The notes beneath the pieces were generated by a model. The model had not been told where the DNA came from and did not search any database. It worked only from the letters and a program-made list of their open reading frames with translations. Below, piece by piece: positions 13,462-26,000 of a DNA stretch of 64,000 nucleotides. Source of the stretch: Leucoraja ocellata (Eukaryota); assembly GCA_036785375.1 (NCBI GenBank), contig JAWMAR010000122.1:5890001-5954000 (forward strand), read 5' to 3'. The position numbers were made by a program, and so were the translations under genes. Each line of letters opens with the position of its first letter. Position 1 is the stretch's first letter.

Positions 13462-14428
13462 CCATATAACCATATAACAATTACAGCACGGAAACAGGCC
13501 ATCTCGACCCTTCTAGTCCGTGCCGAACACATAATCTCCCCTAGTCCCATATACCTGCGCTCAGACCATAACCCTCCATTCCCTTCCCATCCATATAACT
13601 ATCCAATTTATTTTTAAATGATAAAAACGAACCTGCCTCCACCACCTTCACTGAAAGCTCATTCCACACAGCTACCACTCTCTGCGTAAAGAAGTTCCCC
13701 CTCATGTTACCCCTAAACTTCAGTCCCTTAATTCTCAAGTCATGTCCCCTTGTTTGAATCTTCCCTACTCTCAGTGGGAAAAGCTTTTCCACGTCAACTC
13801 TGTCTATCCCTCTCATCATTTTAAAAACCTCTATCAAGTCCCCCCTTAACCTTCTGCGCTCCAAAGAATAAAGCCCTAACTTGTTCAACCTTTCTCTGTA
13901 ACTTAGTTGCTGAAACCCAGGCAACATTCTAGTAAATCCCCTCTGTACTCTCTCTATTTTGTTGACATCCTTCCTATAATTAGGCGACCAAAATTGTACA
14001 CCATACTCCAGAATTGGCCTCACCAATGCCTTGTACAATTTTAACATTACATCCCAACTTCTATACTCAATGCTCTGATTTATAAAGGCCAGCTTTTTTT
14101 ACCACCCTATCTACATGAGATTCCACTTTCAGGGAACTGTGCACAGTTATTCCCAGATCCCTCTGTTCACCTACATTCTTCAATTCCCTACCATTTACCA
14201 TGTACGTCCTATTTTGATTTGTCCTGCCAAGATGTAGCACCTCACACTTATCAGCATTAAACTCCATCTGCCATCTTTCAGCCCACTCTTCCAACTGGCA
14301 TAAATCTCTCTGTAGACTTTGAAACTCTACTTCATTACCCGCAACCCCACCTATCTTAGTATCATCTGCATACTTACTAATACAATTTACCACACCATCA
14401 TCCAGATCATTGATGTACATGACAAACA
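13462..14428 (-). mobile_element. CR1/HER1-like LINE 3' fragment, relatively young
   Basis: ORFs contain SKYADDTK, LYKALVRPILEYGVQFWSP, LERRRLRGDLIEVFK and FFTQRVV; short-repeat 3' tail. Confidence 0.9.
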
Positions 14429-14429
14429 A

Positions 14430-15110
14430 GCTGGATGAACTTAAAACTAGACTCACCTACCTTAATGAACTGGGATACTAAAGTGTGCATTGTTTTACAG
14501 AGACAAGGCTCACACCTGCTCACCTGACTGTGCCATTCAAAATAAAGGCCTCTCAATTCATTGGATGGACCATAGGGCATCCTCGAACAAGAAAAGATGA
14601 GGATGGGTCTGCTTCCTAATCAACATTTCATGGTGCTTGGACATGGCTGTTCTGGTGAGATCCTGTCCCGCACCGTGAATATCTGAAAGTAAAGTGCCAT
14701 TCCCTATTACCTGCCACAGGAATTCACTTTGGCTATCTTCATTGCAGTTTCCATCCCACCCTATATGGTTGTGATTCCTATACTGGATGTACTGTGCACC
14801 ACTACCAATAGCCTAGAAACAAAGTACTGCAAAGCTTTAGATAGACACAAAAAGCTGGAGTAACTCAGCGGGCCAGGCAACATCTCTGGAGAGGAATGGG
14901 TAAGGTTTCGAGTCGAGACCCATCTTCAGACTGGTAAGGGATAAGAGAAAGCCTTGTTCATCATAACCTAGGGCTTCAACCAAGCCAACCTTGAGAGTGT
15001 TCTACTAAAATACTATCAACGTGTCCTCTGTCCGACAAGAGGGCCAAACACCCACGATCACCGCAAAACAACCCCTGTCTGAATTTTGGAAATCTGACCA
15101 TCAGGCTGGA
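14430..15110 (+). mobile_element. Decayed Rex/Babar-like endonuclease region with a small Penelope pLTR insert (~14840-14947)
   Basis: KLDELK...CFTETRL-type APE motif remnants with many stops. Confidence 0.5.
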
Positions 15111-15509
15111 AAAATCGAACCAGTTTGTAAAATTTAACCAGCTCCTATTCCCTCCTTACACGCAAAAACAGAACTCAGATAAACATAGAAAAATAAATAA
15201 TGTATCAATTATATATAAGCTACACATAGAATTTCAAAAAGAAAAACTGTACCAAAATTAAGATAAGATGCAAAAACATAAGTTGAAAAAAAGCACAAGT
15301 CCACAGTAGTGCTGGTGATAGTCTGTAGTGTTCCGTTATTGAAGTAGAATTAGGGTTGTGTGGGTTGATTCAAGAAGACAAAACTTGTGCGAAAATGATG
15401 TTCCTGAAACTAGTGGTGTGGGGACTTTTTTATTTTGCCTGATGGTACCAGTGGAAAGAGGGCAAGGCCTGAATGGTTAGGATGCCTGGAGAGATTCCAC
15501 CTTCTTGTG

Positions 15510-16335
15510 GAAGTATAATGTGGATAAATGTGAGGTTATCCATTTTGGTGGCAAAATCAGGAAAGCAGACTATTATCTAAATGGTGGCCGATTAGGAAAA
15601 GGGGAGATGCAGCGAGACCTGGGTGTCATGGTACACTAGTCATTGAAAGTAGGCATGCAGGGGCAGCAGGCAGTGAAGAAAGCGAATGGTATGTTAGCTT
15701 TCATAGCAAAAGGATTTGAGTATAGGAGCAGGGAGGTTCTACTGCAGTTGTACAGGATCTTCGTGAGACCACACCTGGAGTATTGCGTACAGTTTTGGTC
15801 TCCAAATCTGAGGAAGGATATTATTGCCATAGAGGGAGTGCAGAGAAGGTTCACCAGACTGATTCCTGGGATGTCAGGAATGTCTTATGAAGAAAGACTG
15901 GATAGACTTAGGTTTATACTCTAGAATTTAAGAGATTGAGAGGGGATCTTATAGAAACTTACAAAATTCTTAAGGGGTTGGACAGGTTAGATGCAGGAAG
16001 ATTGTTCCCGATGTTGGAGAAGTCCAGGACAAGGGGTCACAGTTTAAGGATAAGGGGGAAATCCTTTAAAACCGAGATGAGAAAAACTTTTTTCACACAA
16101 GGGTGGTGAATCTCTTGAACTCTCTGCCTTAGAGGGTAGTTGAGGCCAGTTCATTGGCTATATTTAAGAGGGAGTTAGATGTGGCCCTTGTGGCTAACGG
16201 GATCAGAGGGTATGGAGAGAAGGCAGGTACGGGATACTGAGTTGGATGATCAGCCATGATCATATTGAATGGCGGTGCAGGCTCAAAGGCCCGAATGGCC
16301 TACTCCTGCACCTAATTTCTATGTTTCTATGTTTC
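15510..16335 (+). mobile_element. CR1/HER1-like LINE 3' fragment
   Basis: ORF 15643-15924 (KANGMLAFIAKGFEYRS..LEYCVQFWSP); (TTTCTATG)n tail at about 16316-16335. Confidence 0.9.
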
Positions 16336-16984
16336 AGGCAGGTCCTCATGTAGATGCTTTTGATGGACATGTTAACATTGAGTGAGAGGGTGTTTTTGCA
16401 GCACCACTCAACCAGGTGTCCTATTAGGTTTTCTAAACCATCTGTGACACCAGGAAACAATTCCAGATCAAGTTCATTACCGAGACTAACCACGCAGATA
16501 CCCATTGATCGTATCAAGGCCTGCATACTATAAGTGGCTACAAAATGAAGTTGGGCAGAGTTGCTGGCAACAATGCATTCCTCCCTGAGTCAATGCATTC
16601 TAAGCTCATTTTAAACCAAAGATCAGAGAAATGCAGTGTTCAAGTCTCCTGCCCCGATAGCCTCAGGTGCACATGTGATCATGAATACAAACATCAGATT
16701 GGATTTCCAGAAACTGAAGCAGGTTAAAGTGACTGGCCCAGACCCTGAATGTACCACAGCAAGCCGAACATAGCACAATACTGCACCATTACAGGATCTT
16801 CGTCCCAGAATATCCATGCTGAACATGATTCCAAGTTAAACTAATCTCTTCTGCCTGCAGGTGATCCATATCCCTTCATTCTCTGCATATCCACGTGTCT
16901 ATTTAAAAGCATCCTAAATGCCAATATCATATCTGCCTCCACCACCAATACTCCTTGGTGGAGATATACGGGCAGTAATTAAAT

Positions 16985-18670
16985 ACAGGTGAAATGCCAA
17001 AAGACTGGATGGTGGCAAATGTTGTGCCTCTATTTAAGATGGGAAAAGCCTGGGAACAATAGATCAGTGACTCTAGCATCTGTGGTCATAAAGACAGTAG
17101 AGAGTATTCTGAGGGATAAGATATAAAAGACTTTGGATAAACAAGGGCTGATTCGGGATAGTCACCACGGTTTTGTTTGCGCGGTATCTGGTCACACAAA
17201 TTTGATTATTTTTTGAAAAAGGAACCAATAAGGTTGACGAGGGCAGAGCTATAGGCTGTCTATATGGATTTCAGCAAGCCATTTGACAAGGTTCCACATG
17301 GTAGGCTGCTCTGGAATGCTAAATCACATGGGATCCAAGGAAAACATCTTTGAATAGAAAATTAGCTTCATGGAAGGAGGCAGAAGGTGATGGTGGAAGG
17401 TTGCTTTTTGGACCGGAGGCCTGTGTCTTGTGGTGTGCCTCAGGGATTGGTGCTGGCTCCTTTGGTGTTTATGGTTTATATCAATGATTTGGGTGAGAAC
17501 GTACGAGGCAGGATTAGTTAGTATGCACACTAAAATGGGTGGTATTGGAGATAACGAAGGTGGTTATCAAAGGTTGCAACAGGACCTGGATCAGTTGGGT
17601 AAGTGGGCAACATGACCATCTACACGAGTTCCACCCATCTGCATTCAGCCCATATCCCTCTAAACTTATCCTATCCAGGTACCTGTCTAAATGTTGCTTA
17701 AATGTTGCGATAGTTGTCCCAACTACCTCTAGGAGTGCAGGTTAGATAGTTTATTGCAAGTGGCATCTCGGGTAGATAAGGAGGTCAAGAAGGTTTATGG
17801 CACATTGGTCTTCATCAGTCAGGGTTTTGAGTATAGAAGTTGGAATATTATGTTACAGATGTACAAGGCGCTGGTGAGGCCACGGTATACCACCAGTATT
17901 GTGTCATGTTGGTCATCCTGCTATAGGAAAGATGTTAAACTGGAAAGAGGGCAGAGAAGATAGGGAGAGGTCAGGCAGAACAGGACCTTGTACCTTGTAC
18001 CTTATACCTTCCACCTTCCGAAGAGTCCACCAGGGACTATACTGGAAGTAGGACTATTTTATACCAGACAATTGTTTTTACATTTATCAAACCAATTAAC
18101 CTACAAACCTGCACGTCTTTGGAGTGTGGGAGGAAACCAAAGACATAGGAGAAAACCCACGCAGATCACGGGGAGAACGTACAAACTCCATACAGACTGC
18201 ACCCGTAGTCGAGATCGAATCTGGGTCTCCGGCACTACATTTTGCTGTAAGGCAGCAACTCTACGCTGCGCCACCGTGACTGCCCTCCTGCATTCCTTGG
18301 AGCGTAGGAGGATGAGGCGATCTTATAGAGGTATATAAGTTCATGGAGGGAACAGTAGATGCGCAGAGTCTTTAACCCACAGTAAGGGAATCAAGAACCA
18401 GAGGACATAGGTTTAAGGGAGAAATTTAATCGGAATCTGAGGGGCAGCTGGTTACACAGAGGGTTGTGCGCAGTTGGAATGAGCTGACAGATGAGATAGT
18501 TGAGGCCAGCACTATCACATTTAAAAGATATTTGCACAGGAACATGGATAGGATAGGTTTAGAGGGATGTGGGACAAACACAGGCAGAGGGGACGAGTGT
18601 AGATGGAGTATTTTGGTCGACATGGGCAGGCTGGAACGAAGGGCTTGTCTCCTCTGTGCTGTACGACCTT
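16985..18670 (+). mobile_element. Decayed CR1 ORF2 with nested SINE (~18080-18285, minus strand)
   Basis: ANVVPLFK, YMDFSKPFDKVPH and GVPQG remnants. The SINE carries a V-domain-like core. Confidence 0.75.
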
Positions 18671-19399
18671 ATCCTGAATCTTTCTTTCCGGTTCATATTC
18701 ACGGACTGAGACAGTGAATAGCAGAAAATGAAAAGCCGATAAATCCGTCAGTCTTGCTACTCTCTCTGCTTCCATAGCTGCTTGCTGCTATGGACATCAT
18801 ATGAGTGTTCTAGCGGTAATTTTCGCAAGACAGTTTAGAAGACAGTCTGCAGAAGGGTCTGGACCCGAAACATCATCATTCTCTCCAGAGATGCTGCCTG
18901 TCACGCTGAGTTACTCCAGCATTTTGTGTCTATCTTCGGTTTAAAGCAGCATCCGCAGTTCCTTCTTACACACTCAGAAATAACATGTCGTTTCGATCTC
19001 TATCCCAATCTCCGAGATAACTTTGGACAGCATTCCTCAGTGATAGACACAAAATGCTGGAGTAACAACGGGCCAGGCAGCATCTCTGGAGAGCAGAAAT
19101 GGGTGACGTTTCGGGTCGAGACCCTTCTTCAATCTGAGTCAGGTGAGAGGGGAGACACAGAGAGATGAAAAGGTACAGAACAGATCAAAGCTATGATCTG
19201 ACCCGAAACGCCACCTATTCCTTTTCTCCAGAGATGCAGCCTTACCCGCCGAGATACTCCAGCATTGTATGTCGGCGTAAACCAGCAACTGCGGTACCTT
19301 CCTCTGTGAATTGAAATAACGATCTTGGGCCACTGAATTACACACGAACCTTTAATTATCAGTCATATAAAAAGTAACACAAAATCTAGCAGAACTCAC

Positions 19400-19443
19400 G
19401 ACACTGAGGTGTTGCCTTTCTTCATTGCTGCAGAGTTTTGCAT
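19400..19443 (-). CDS. Candidate first coding exon of a divergently transcribed gene (possibly DNAI4/WDR78): MQNSAAMKKGNTSV(S)
   Basis: Minus-strand ATG at 19443 is open to a GTGAGT donor at 19399. A second GTAAGT donor lies at 19464. Identity is inferred only from human MIER1-DNAI4 head-to-head synteny and the X-boxes. Confidence 0.35.
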
Positions 19444-19469
19444 GAAGTGGATGCACTGACTTACTCCCT

Positions 19470-19915
19470 CGCCGCTCTCCAACACAAAGATCGTATAGCT
19501 TTGCTCCAACCGGCTTCACCAGTTTCCAAGCGACGGGGCCGTTGTCAGGGAGCGGGCGGTACAGTCACCATGGTTACTCCGGCCCGCCCGCAACCGCAAG
19601 AAAACCCAACCCGATTGGTCAATATTGAAACAGAACCAGTTCATTCCAAGCAAAATTACGCCGCTATTTCAAAAACAGTTTTAACCAACCGACGGAAGAA
19701 GGCGCCACAAAAGAGCCGAGAACTGTGAAGCGGGCGGCGGAACATTCATTTACACTGATGGCCCAAGTTACTTGCGCGTCCAATCAGAGAGATGGTTGCG
19801 GCACGGTTGGGGGGGGAGGGAGGCGGGATGGGCAGTACATCCGGGTCAGCAGTCGATCTCACTCTCCGGCCCGAAGTTAGAAAATGGCGGAGGTAAGGCA
19901 GAGCCGTCAACACTT
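19470..19915. promoter_or_regulatory. CpG-rich MIER1 promoter, probably bidirectional
   Basis: High CpG density; ATTGG 19614-19618; CCAAT 19780-19784; ETS-like CGGAAG 19693-19698; G-rich GC-box-like tract ~19808-19828; YY1-like AAAATGGCGG 19881-19890 over the ATG; X-box-like GTCACCATGGTTAC 19564-19577. Confidence 0.8.
19884..19892 (+). CDS. MIER1: MIER1 coding exon 1 (MAE)
   Basis: ATG GCG GAG|GTAAGG; matches the MAE N-terminus of vertebrate MIER1. Confidence 0.9.
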
Positions 19916-20597
19916 GGCTGAGCAGGAAGAAATAAAAGTTAATTTAAACATCTATTCTTTAATATTTATTCTCAAATGTGACCATCATCCGAGTCTGATT
20001 ATGTTATATTTTTAAAAAGCAAGATGCAATTTTAAAGAGCAGTCGTTCAGCTGCTGAACTTTTCGTTTTTCTTGGGGTTAAATATTGCAAAATTGTGGAA
20101 TTATTACTAGGTTGAGCCTGCCTTCGCGGCGCGCTTTCCCCAACCCCCACCATCCGATGTTGAAGTTCTGTCCGTATCCGCTAGGCCTTGATAAAGGGTT
20201 ATTCCTCTCCTGGAATTCGTCACTTAAAACCCCCCCACAAAAAACTGCGTTTCTTCTGAAATATGTTTGAATAAAGTTCTTGAATTGCTGCATTTACTTT
20301 GATTTTTTAAAACATTTTATTTCGCTCCAGGCTACGTGCAAAAGTCCGCCAACAGCGGCTTGCCATTACACAAACTTTCCTCTCAACCCATCCAGTCAAC
20401 CAGCCAACATTTCCCAATTTGTATTTTATTATTACTTTTAAGAACGGTGGTAGTTTGTGAATATATATTTAAATAATATTTGTATAATTTGTAACGCTTT
20501 ATAACGCCATTTAAGACTTTAGATCTAGACATGTTTTTTTTTAAATGACTGCCAGTGAATTTATTTTGAACCTTTTCAATTTTATTTTAATCCACAG

Positions 20598-20622
20598 CCT
20601 TCCATTGGAAGCTCAAGCCCAG
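20598..20622 (+). CDS. MIER1: MIER1 exon 2, 25 nt (PSIGSSSP-G)
   Basis: TCCACAG|CCT...CCAG|GTAGAG; human has PSVESSSPG; phase 0 to 1. Confidence 0.9.
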
Positions 20623-20811
20623 GTAGAGTAAATGTAAACATTCCTTAAGGTCTGTATTTATGATAAAGTTTGCTGTTACATCATGATATTTTGTAGAAAT
20701 GGCTAATTTATAAATTGCAATTTTTTTTTAGTCATGGGATACTGGGCAGATACAAAACTCGAGAATTTCAAAAACTTTTAACATGAAATCCAATAGATTT
20801 CTCAAAGATAA

Positions 20812-21192
<381 letters not shown>

Positions 21193-21359
21193 TGATTTCC
21201 CCATCTGGATTGTTTATGAAAATAATGAGTGTTAAAATTGTGACATTCTCATAATCAGCTTTGTGGTGTTTCCTATTACTAGATAAACATATTTTTGAAA
21301 TGAAAAACCATTCATATTGTCCACTTTCTATTCCTTGACTTTATTTGTTACATTGAACA

Positions 21360-21660
21360 GTTTAATTTAACGATACAGCGTGGAAACGGGTCTTTTGGCC
21401 CACCGAGTCCATGGCGGCTTTCAATCACCCATTAACACAAGTTCTCATCCACTCCCTACCCACTAGGGACAATTTACAGAGACTAATTAACCTGTATACC
21501 AGCATGCCCTTGGGATGTGGGAGGAAACCAGAGGAGGCCCATGCAGTTATGGGGAGAGTGTGCAAGCTCCACAAAGAGAGCACTTGGGGTCAGGATTTAA
21601 CTCTGGTTTCTGGCGCCATGAGTCGGTAGCTGTACCACCGTGCTGCGCCACTGTGCTGCC
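21360..21660 (-). mobile_element. tRNA-derived V-SINE (HE1-like)
   Basis: Reverse complement shows the GGCAGCACAGTGGCGCAGC head, the GGTTTCCTCCCACATCCC V-core and a CR1-like tail. Confidence 0.75.
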
Positions 21661-21779
21661 CCAGCTCAGCCATTGGTCGGATTTCAAGTCAAAATCAGCT
21701 GTTATTTAAATTTTTGCTGCAGATTTATTTTTCCTTTGAACATTTCATTTGCATTGTTAATAAAAACAGAAAATGTTGG

Positions 21780-22400
21780 AAATGGTATTGGTTTATTAAT
21801 GTCATGTGCACTGAGATTCAGTGAAAAACATTGAGTTGCATGCTATCCAGGGAAATCATACTGTACATGAGTACATCAGATAGTGCAAAAGAAAAACTAA
21901 ACAGTACAGAGTATGTCTTTACAGCGACAGATAAAGTGAAGGTAAAAATAAAGGGCAAGGGTTGAAACAAGATAGCTTTAAAGATTGAGAATTCATTTGT
22001 GGTCTCAAGGTCCATCCAGGAGTCTGAGAACAGTGGAAGAAGCTTGCAGTAGGCAGTAGCTGCTTTCAAGTTTTCTATTTTCTGCCTGAGAGGAAAGGGG
22101 AGAAGAGAGAATGGCTGATGTGTGAATGGTCATTGATGGTCCTGAGACAATGTAATTTGTGGAGGAGGAGAGTTGGGTTTGCATGATGGGCTTTGTGTTT
22201 ACAACTCTCTAATTTCTCGTAGTCTGGGCAGAGCAAGCTGATGCATCCGGGTTGAATGCTTTCTAACTGTAGAAATTGGTACGAATCGTTTGAAACATGC
22301 TCAATTTCCTTAGCCTTCAGAGGAAGTAGTGGCACTGGTGTGCTTTCTTGTCCGTAGTGCCAGTGTTGTTTTGTCCATGACAAATTATTGGTGATATTTT
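21780..22400 (-). mobile_element. Decayed Rex/Babar-like LINE 3' fragment
   Basis: DHSHISHSLFSPFLSGRK resembles the HPGHSLFELLPSGR motif at 12.9 kb. Confidence 0.55.
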
Positions 22401-22859
22401 CAGCTAATGGTCAGGAGAAAGGAAGTTAATATTTCAGGTCTACAACTATACAATTGAACTAATGATTGAATGATCATTCACCTGAAACAACGATTTATAA
22501 TTTGTATCTTTTTTTGTGCTGGTCCAAATCATTTATTTTATTTCAGAAATTCATTTTTGTTATGTATATTCAGAGCTGAAGAAGTTAATTTACAGTTTTG
22601 CAAATTGCTGTTTACTGCTGTTATTTTGTATGCATCAGTAAACCTTTTACTGATTTTCAGTAAAATAGATTTTTCTAAGAGAAAATTATAGATTGTTCTC
22701 TATAATAAGGCTAATTATAAATCTGCAATGTAGTTTCTTGTTAATTGTATAGCATACATGTTTTTTTTAAGTGTTTTCTTTAATAGCAATATTGTAAACC
22801 TTTGTTATTGCAGACATCTTTACAATGGATTTGGGTTATAGTGGATTGTCTCTAAGAAA

Positions 22860-23088
22860 GGTAGACACAAAATGCTGGCGTAACTCAGTGGGACAGGCAG
22901 TGTCGGGGCGAGACCCTCCTTCAGACTGATGTCAGGAGAGTGGGTGGGACAGAGATAGAATGTAGTCAGTAAGACTAGTGGGAGAACTTGGAAGGGGAGG
23001 GAATGGAAAGAGAGGGAAAGCAAGGGCTATTTGAAGTTAGAGAAGTTAATGTTCATACCGCTGGAGTGTAAGCTACCCAATCGAAACA
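22860..23088 (-). mobile_element. Penelope pLTR fragment interrupted by Tc1 (resumes at 29238)
   Basis: ...CTACCCAATCGAAA joined to TATGAGGTGCTG (29238) reconstitutes CCCAAGCGGAATATGAGGTGCTG seen in the Penelope copy at about 32840. Confidence 0.75.
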
Positions 23089-26000
23089 CAGTGCCCTCCA
23101 TAATGTTTGGGACAAAGACCCATCGTTGATTTATTTGCCTCTGTACTCCACAATTTGAGATTTGTAATAGGAAAAAATCACATGTGATTAAAGTACACAT
23201 TGTCAGATTTTAATAAAGGCCATTTTTATGCATTTTGGTTTCACCATGTAGAAATTACAGCAATGTTTGTACATAGCAAGGCTGTCAAGTCGGAGTTGGA
23301 GCAATTTTGGTGCTGCTGGAGTCGGTAAAAAAGTCCCGAATCCGACCTCAACATAAATTTCAGAGAATTACAATTTGTAATCATGTGTTGTTTTTCTGCT
23401 AACTGGTTAGCACGCAACAAAAGCTTTCCACTGCACCTTGCTACACATGACAATAAACTAAACTAAGTGATGAAGTTGATCAATGCGAGTACGGTAGTGG
23501 ATGTTGTCTACATGGATTTTATTAAGGCATTTGTTAAGGTTTCCCATGGTAGATTGATCCAGAAGATTAAGATGCATAAAATTCACACTGACATGGTTGT
23601 AAGGAATTATAGCTGACATTGATAGAAGATAAAAGGTTGTGGTTGAAGAACAATGTTCAGGCAGGCTTTCTGAGACCAATGGAGTTCCACAGGTATCGGC
23701 GCTGATACCTCTGTAATATACAAAGGACTTGGACATTAATGTAAATGCTTAGTTAGTAAGTTTGCAGATGGCACCAAAATTGATGAGTTTGTCAAGTGGG
23801 GAAGGCCATCAAAGTGTACAGTGGGACATGGATCAGCTACAGAAATTGTGGAGAAATGCAGAATATAATCTGAGCAAGTGTGAGGTGTTGAATGTAGGGA
23901 GATGGAATGTAAGGGGAATGACAGTTAATGACAAGATCGCTGATGTATGGAGGGATCTTGTGGTCCAAGTCCTTTGGTTCTTGAAAGTGGAAATGCAGGT
24001 AGATTAGTATAGGAGGCGTAAGGCATAATTGCTTTCATTGGTCAGGGCATTGAGTTTGAGTGGGGAAGTCATGCTGCAGATTTATAGGACTTCAATAACT
24101 CCACATTTGAAGTATTGTTTGCAGTTCTGATCACCCACTACAGGAAGGATGTGAGGCTTTGGATAGGATGCAGAAGAGGTTTACCAGATTGTTACCTGGA
24201 ACGGAAGATAATAGCTATCAGGAGAGGTTGGGCAAATTTTGATTGTTTTCTCTGGAGCGTCGGAGGTTGAAGGGAGATCTCAAAGTATATAACATTGAGA
24301 GGCGTAGATAAGGTAGACATGTAAACTTTTTTACTAGGGTATGTGTCAAATATGTGAGCGTAAGATGAAACCAGGAAAGTTTGAAGGAGCCAAGTAGGGC
24401 AATTAATTTTTAGGGGGTGCTAGTTTGCACTGTCAGTGGTGGCTGGCATTTGGTGGTATTTGAGACTTACTGATACACACATGGATAGGCAGGGGATGGA
24501 GGGATATGGATCGCATGCAGGCAGAAATTTGTTTAACTTGACATCATGTTTGACATAGACATTGAGGGCTGAAGAGCTATTTCCTTTGCTGTACTATTTT
24601 ATGTTCTGTGAAATGAGGTTTTTGACTAAGCTCTGCCGAGCACTATGCAGCCTCTGGGGCTGCTCCAGTTTCTTCACTTTTGTACTGGACCTCTATTCTG
24701 TTTGCCTGCTTTTGTTCCATCTCGAGGAGTGGAGCAATTGCTACCGTGCTTGACCTCTGTGGTGATAGTTGTTTCTAAGAAGTCTGTACAGAATTTTGTC
24801 CAGTGCACCAAACCACAACAGGCCAGTCATTTTAAACTTTTTTTGTGGAAGCTATTAGTAATTGTCCAAATTGCTGTTAATTTCATCTAAGATAAATTTG
24901 GATTAGTTTAGAGATACAACATGAAAATTGGCCCATCGTGCCACTGAGTCCATGCCAATCATTGATTACTCAATCACACTATTCATTTATCCCATGTGTC
25001 CATTCTCCATGCTAAAATTTAGAAGCCAATTATCCTATAAACCCACACATCTTTTGGATGAGAGAGAAAACGCGTGCAGCCAGAGAAACCCCACACATTC
25101 ACATGTGGAACATGCAAACTCCACACCACATTCGACGGTAGAATTGAACCTGTGTCTCTGACACTGCACCACTTTAAAGCAGAGTCAGTTATGGATGATT
25201 AAAGAGCACACTTGACGTGGTGTGTTGATGTTTAATGTGCCAAATAAGAGTGTTGTAAGTAAGCTTTATGCATACCAAGTGAAATACAGAGTGGCAGTAT
25301 AAATAAATAATTGGTTTAAACGGAAAAGAATCATGCTGAACATTTGTATGGTCTGAAGGAAGGTGGCTTGGCAGAACATAATTTAGAATTAACATGATGA
25401 CAGAAAGGACAAACCCCAGGAATAAAAATGGAGATAAGACCTGTTTAGGCTGGTCCAGAAGATTAATTCAAATGAGACCCATAGTGACTTGGGAATTGGA
25501 TCCAATACTGACTGTCATGAAGAGGATGCAATGGCAAAGATATTTTTATTACAGTAGGTTTGACTTGTGTTTGCAAGTGTATGATTTGCATGAAAATATA
25601 GATGGTCTCATTAGTTCATAAGATCATAAGTGATAGGAGCAGTATTAGGCCATTCGGCCCATCAAGTCTACTCCGCAATTCAATCCCCCCCCCCCATTCT
25701 TCTAAACCCCAGAGAGTATAGGGCCAGTGCCGTCAAACACTCATCATACGTTAACCTATTCATTCCTGGGATCATTTGTGTAAACTTCCTCTGGACCCTC
25801 TCCAGAGCCAGCACATGCTTCCTCAGATATGGTGCCCAAAACTGCTCACAATATTCCAACTGCGGCCTGACAAGCGCCTTATAGAGCTTCAGCATTACAT
25901 CCCTGTTTTGATACAAGCCCTTTCGAAATAAATGCCAGTATTGTGTTTGCTTTCTTTACTATCGATTGGACTTGCAGATTAACTTTTTGGGAATCCTGCA

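Noticed and set aside
22814-22860. Possible 47-nt exon (TTGCAG|...AAG|GTAGAC)
   Set aside because: The donor is supplied by the pLTR end and is weak, there is an in-frame stop, and nothing else supports it.
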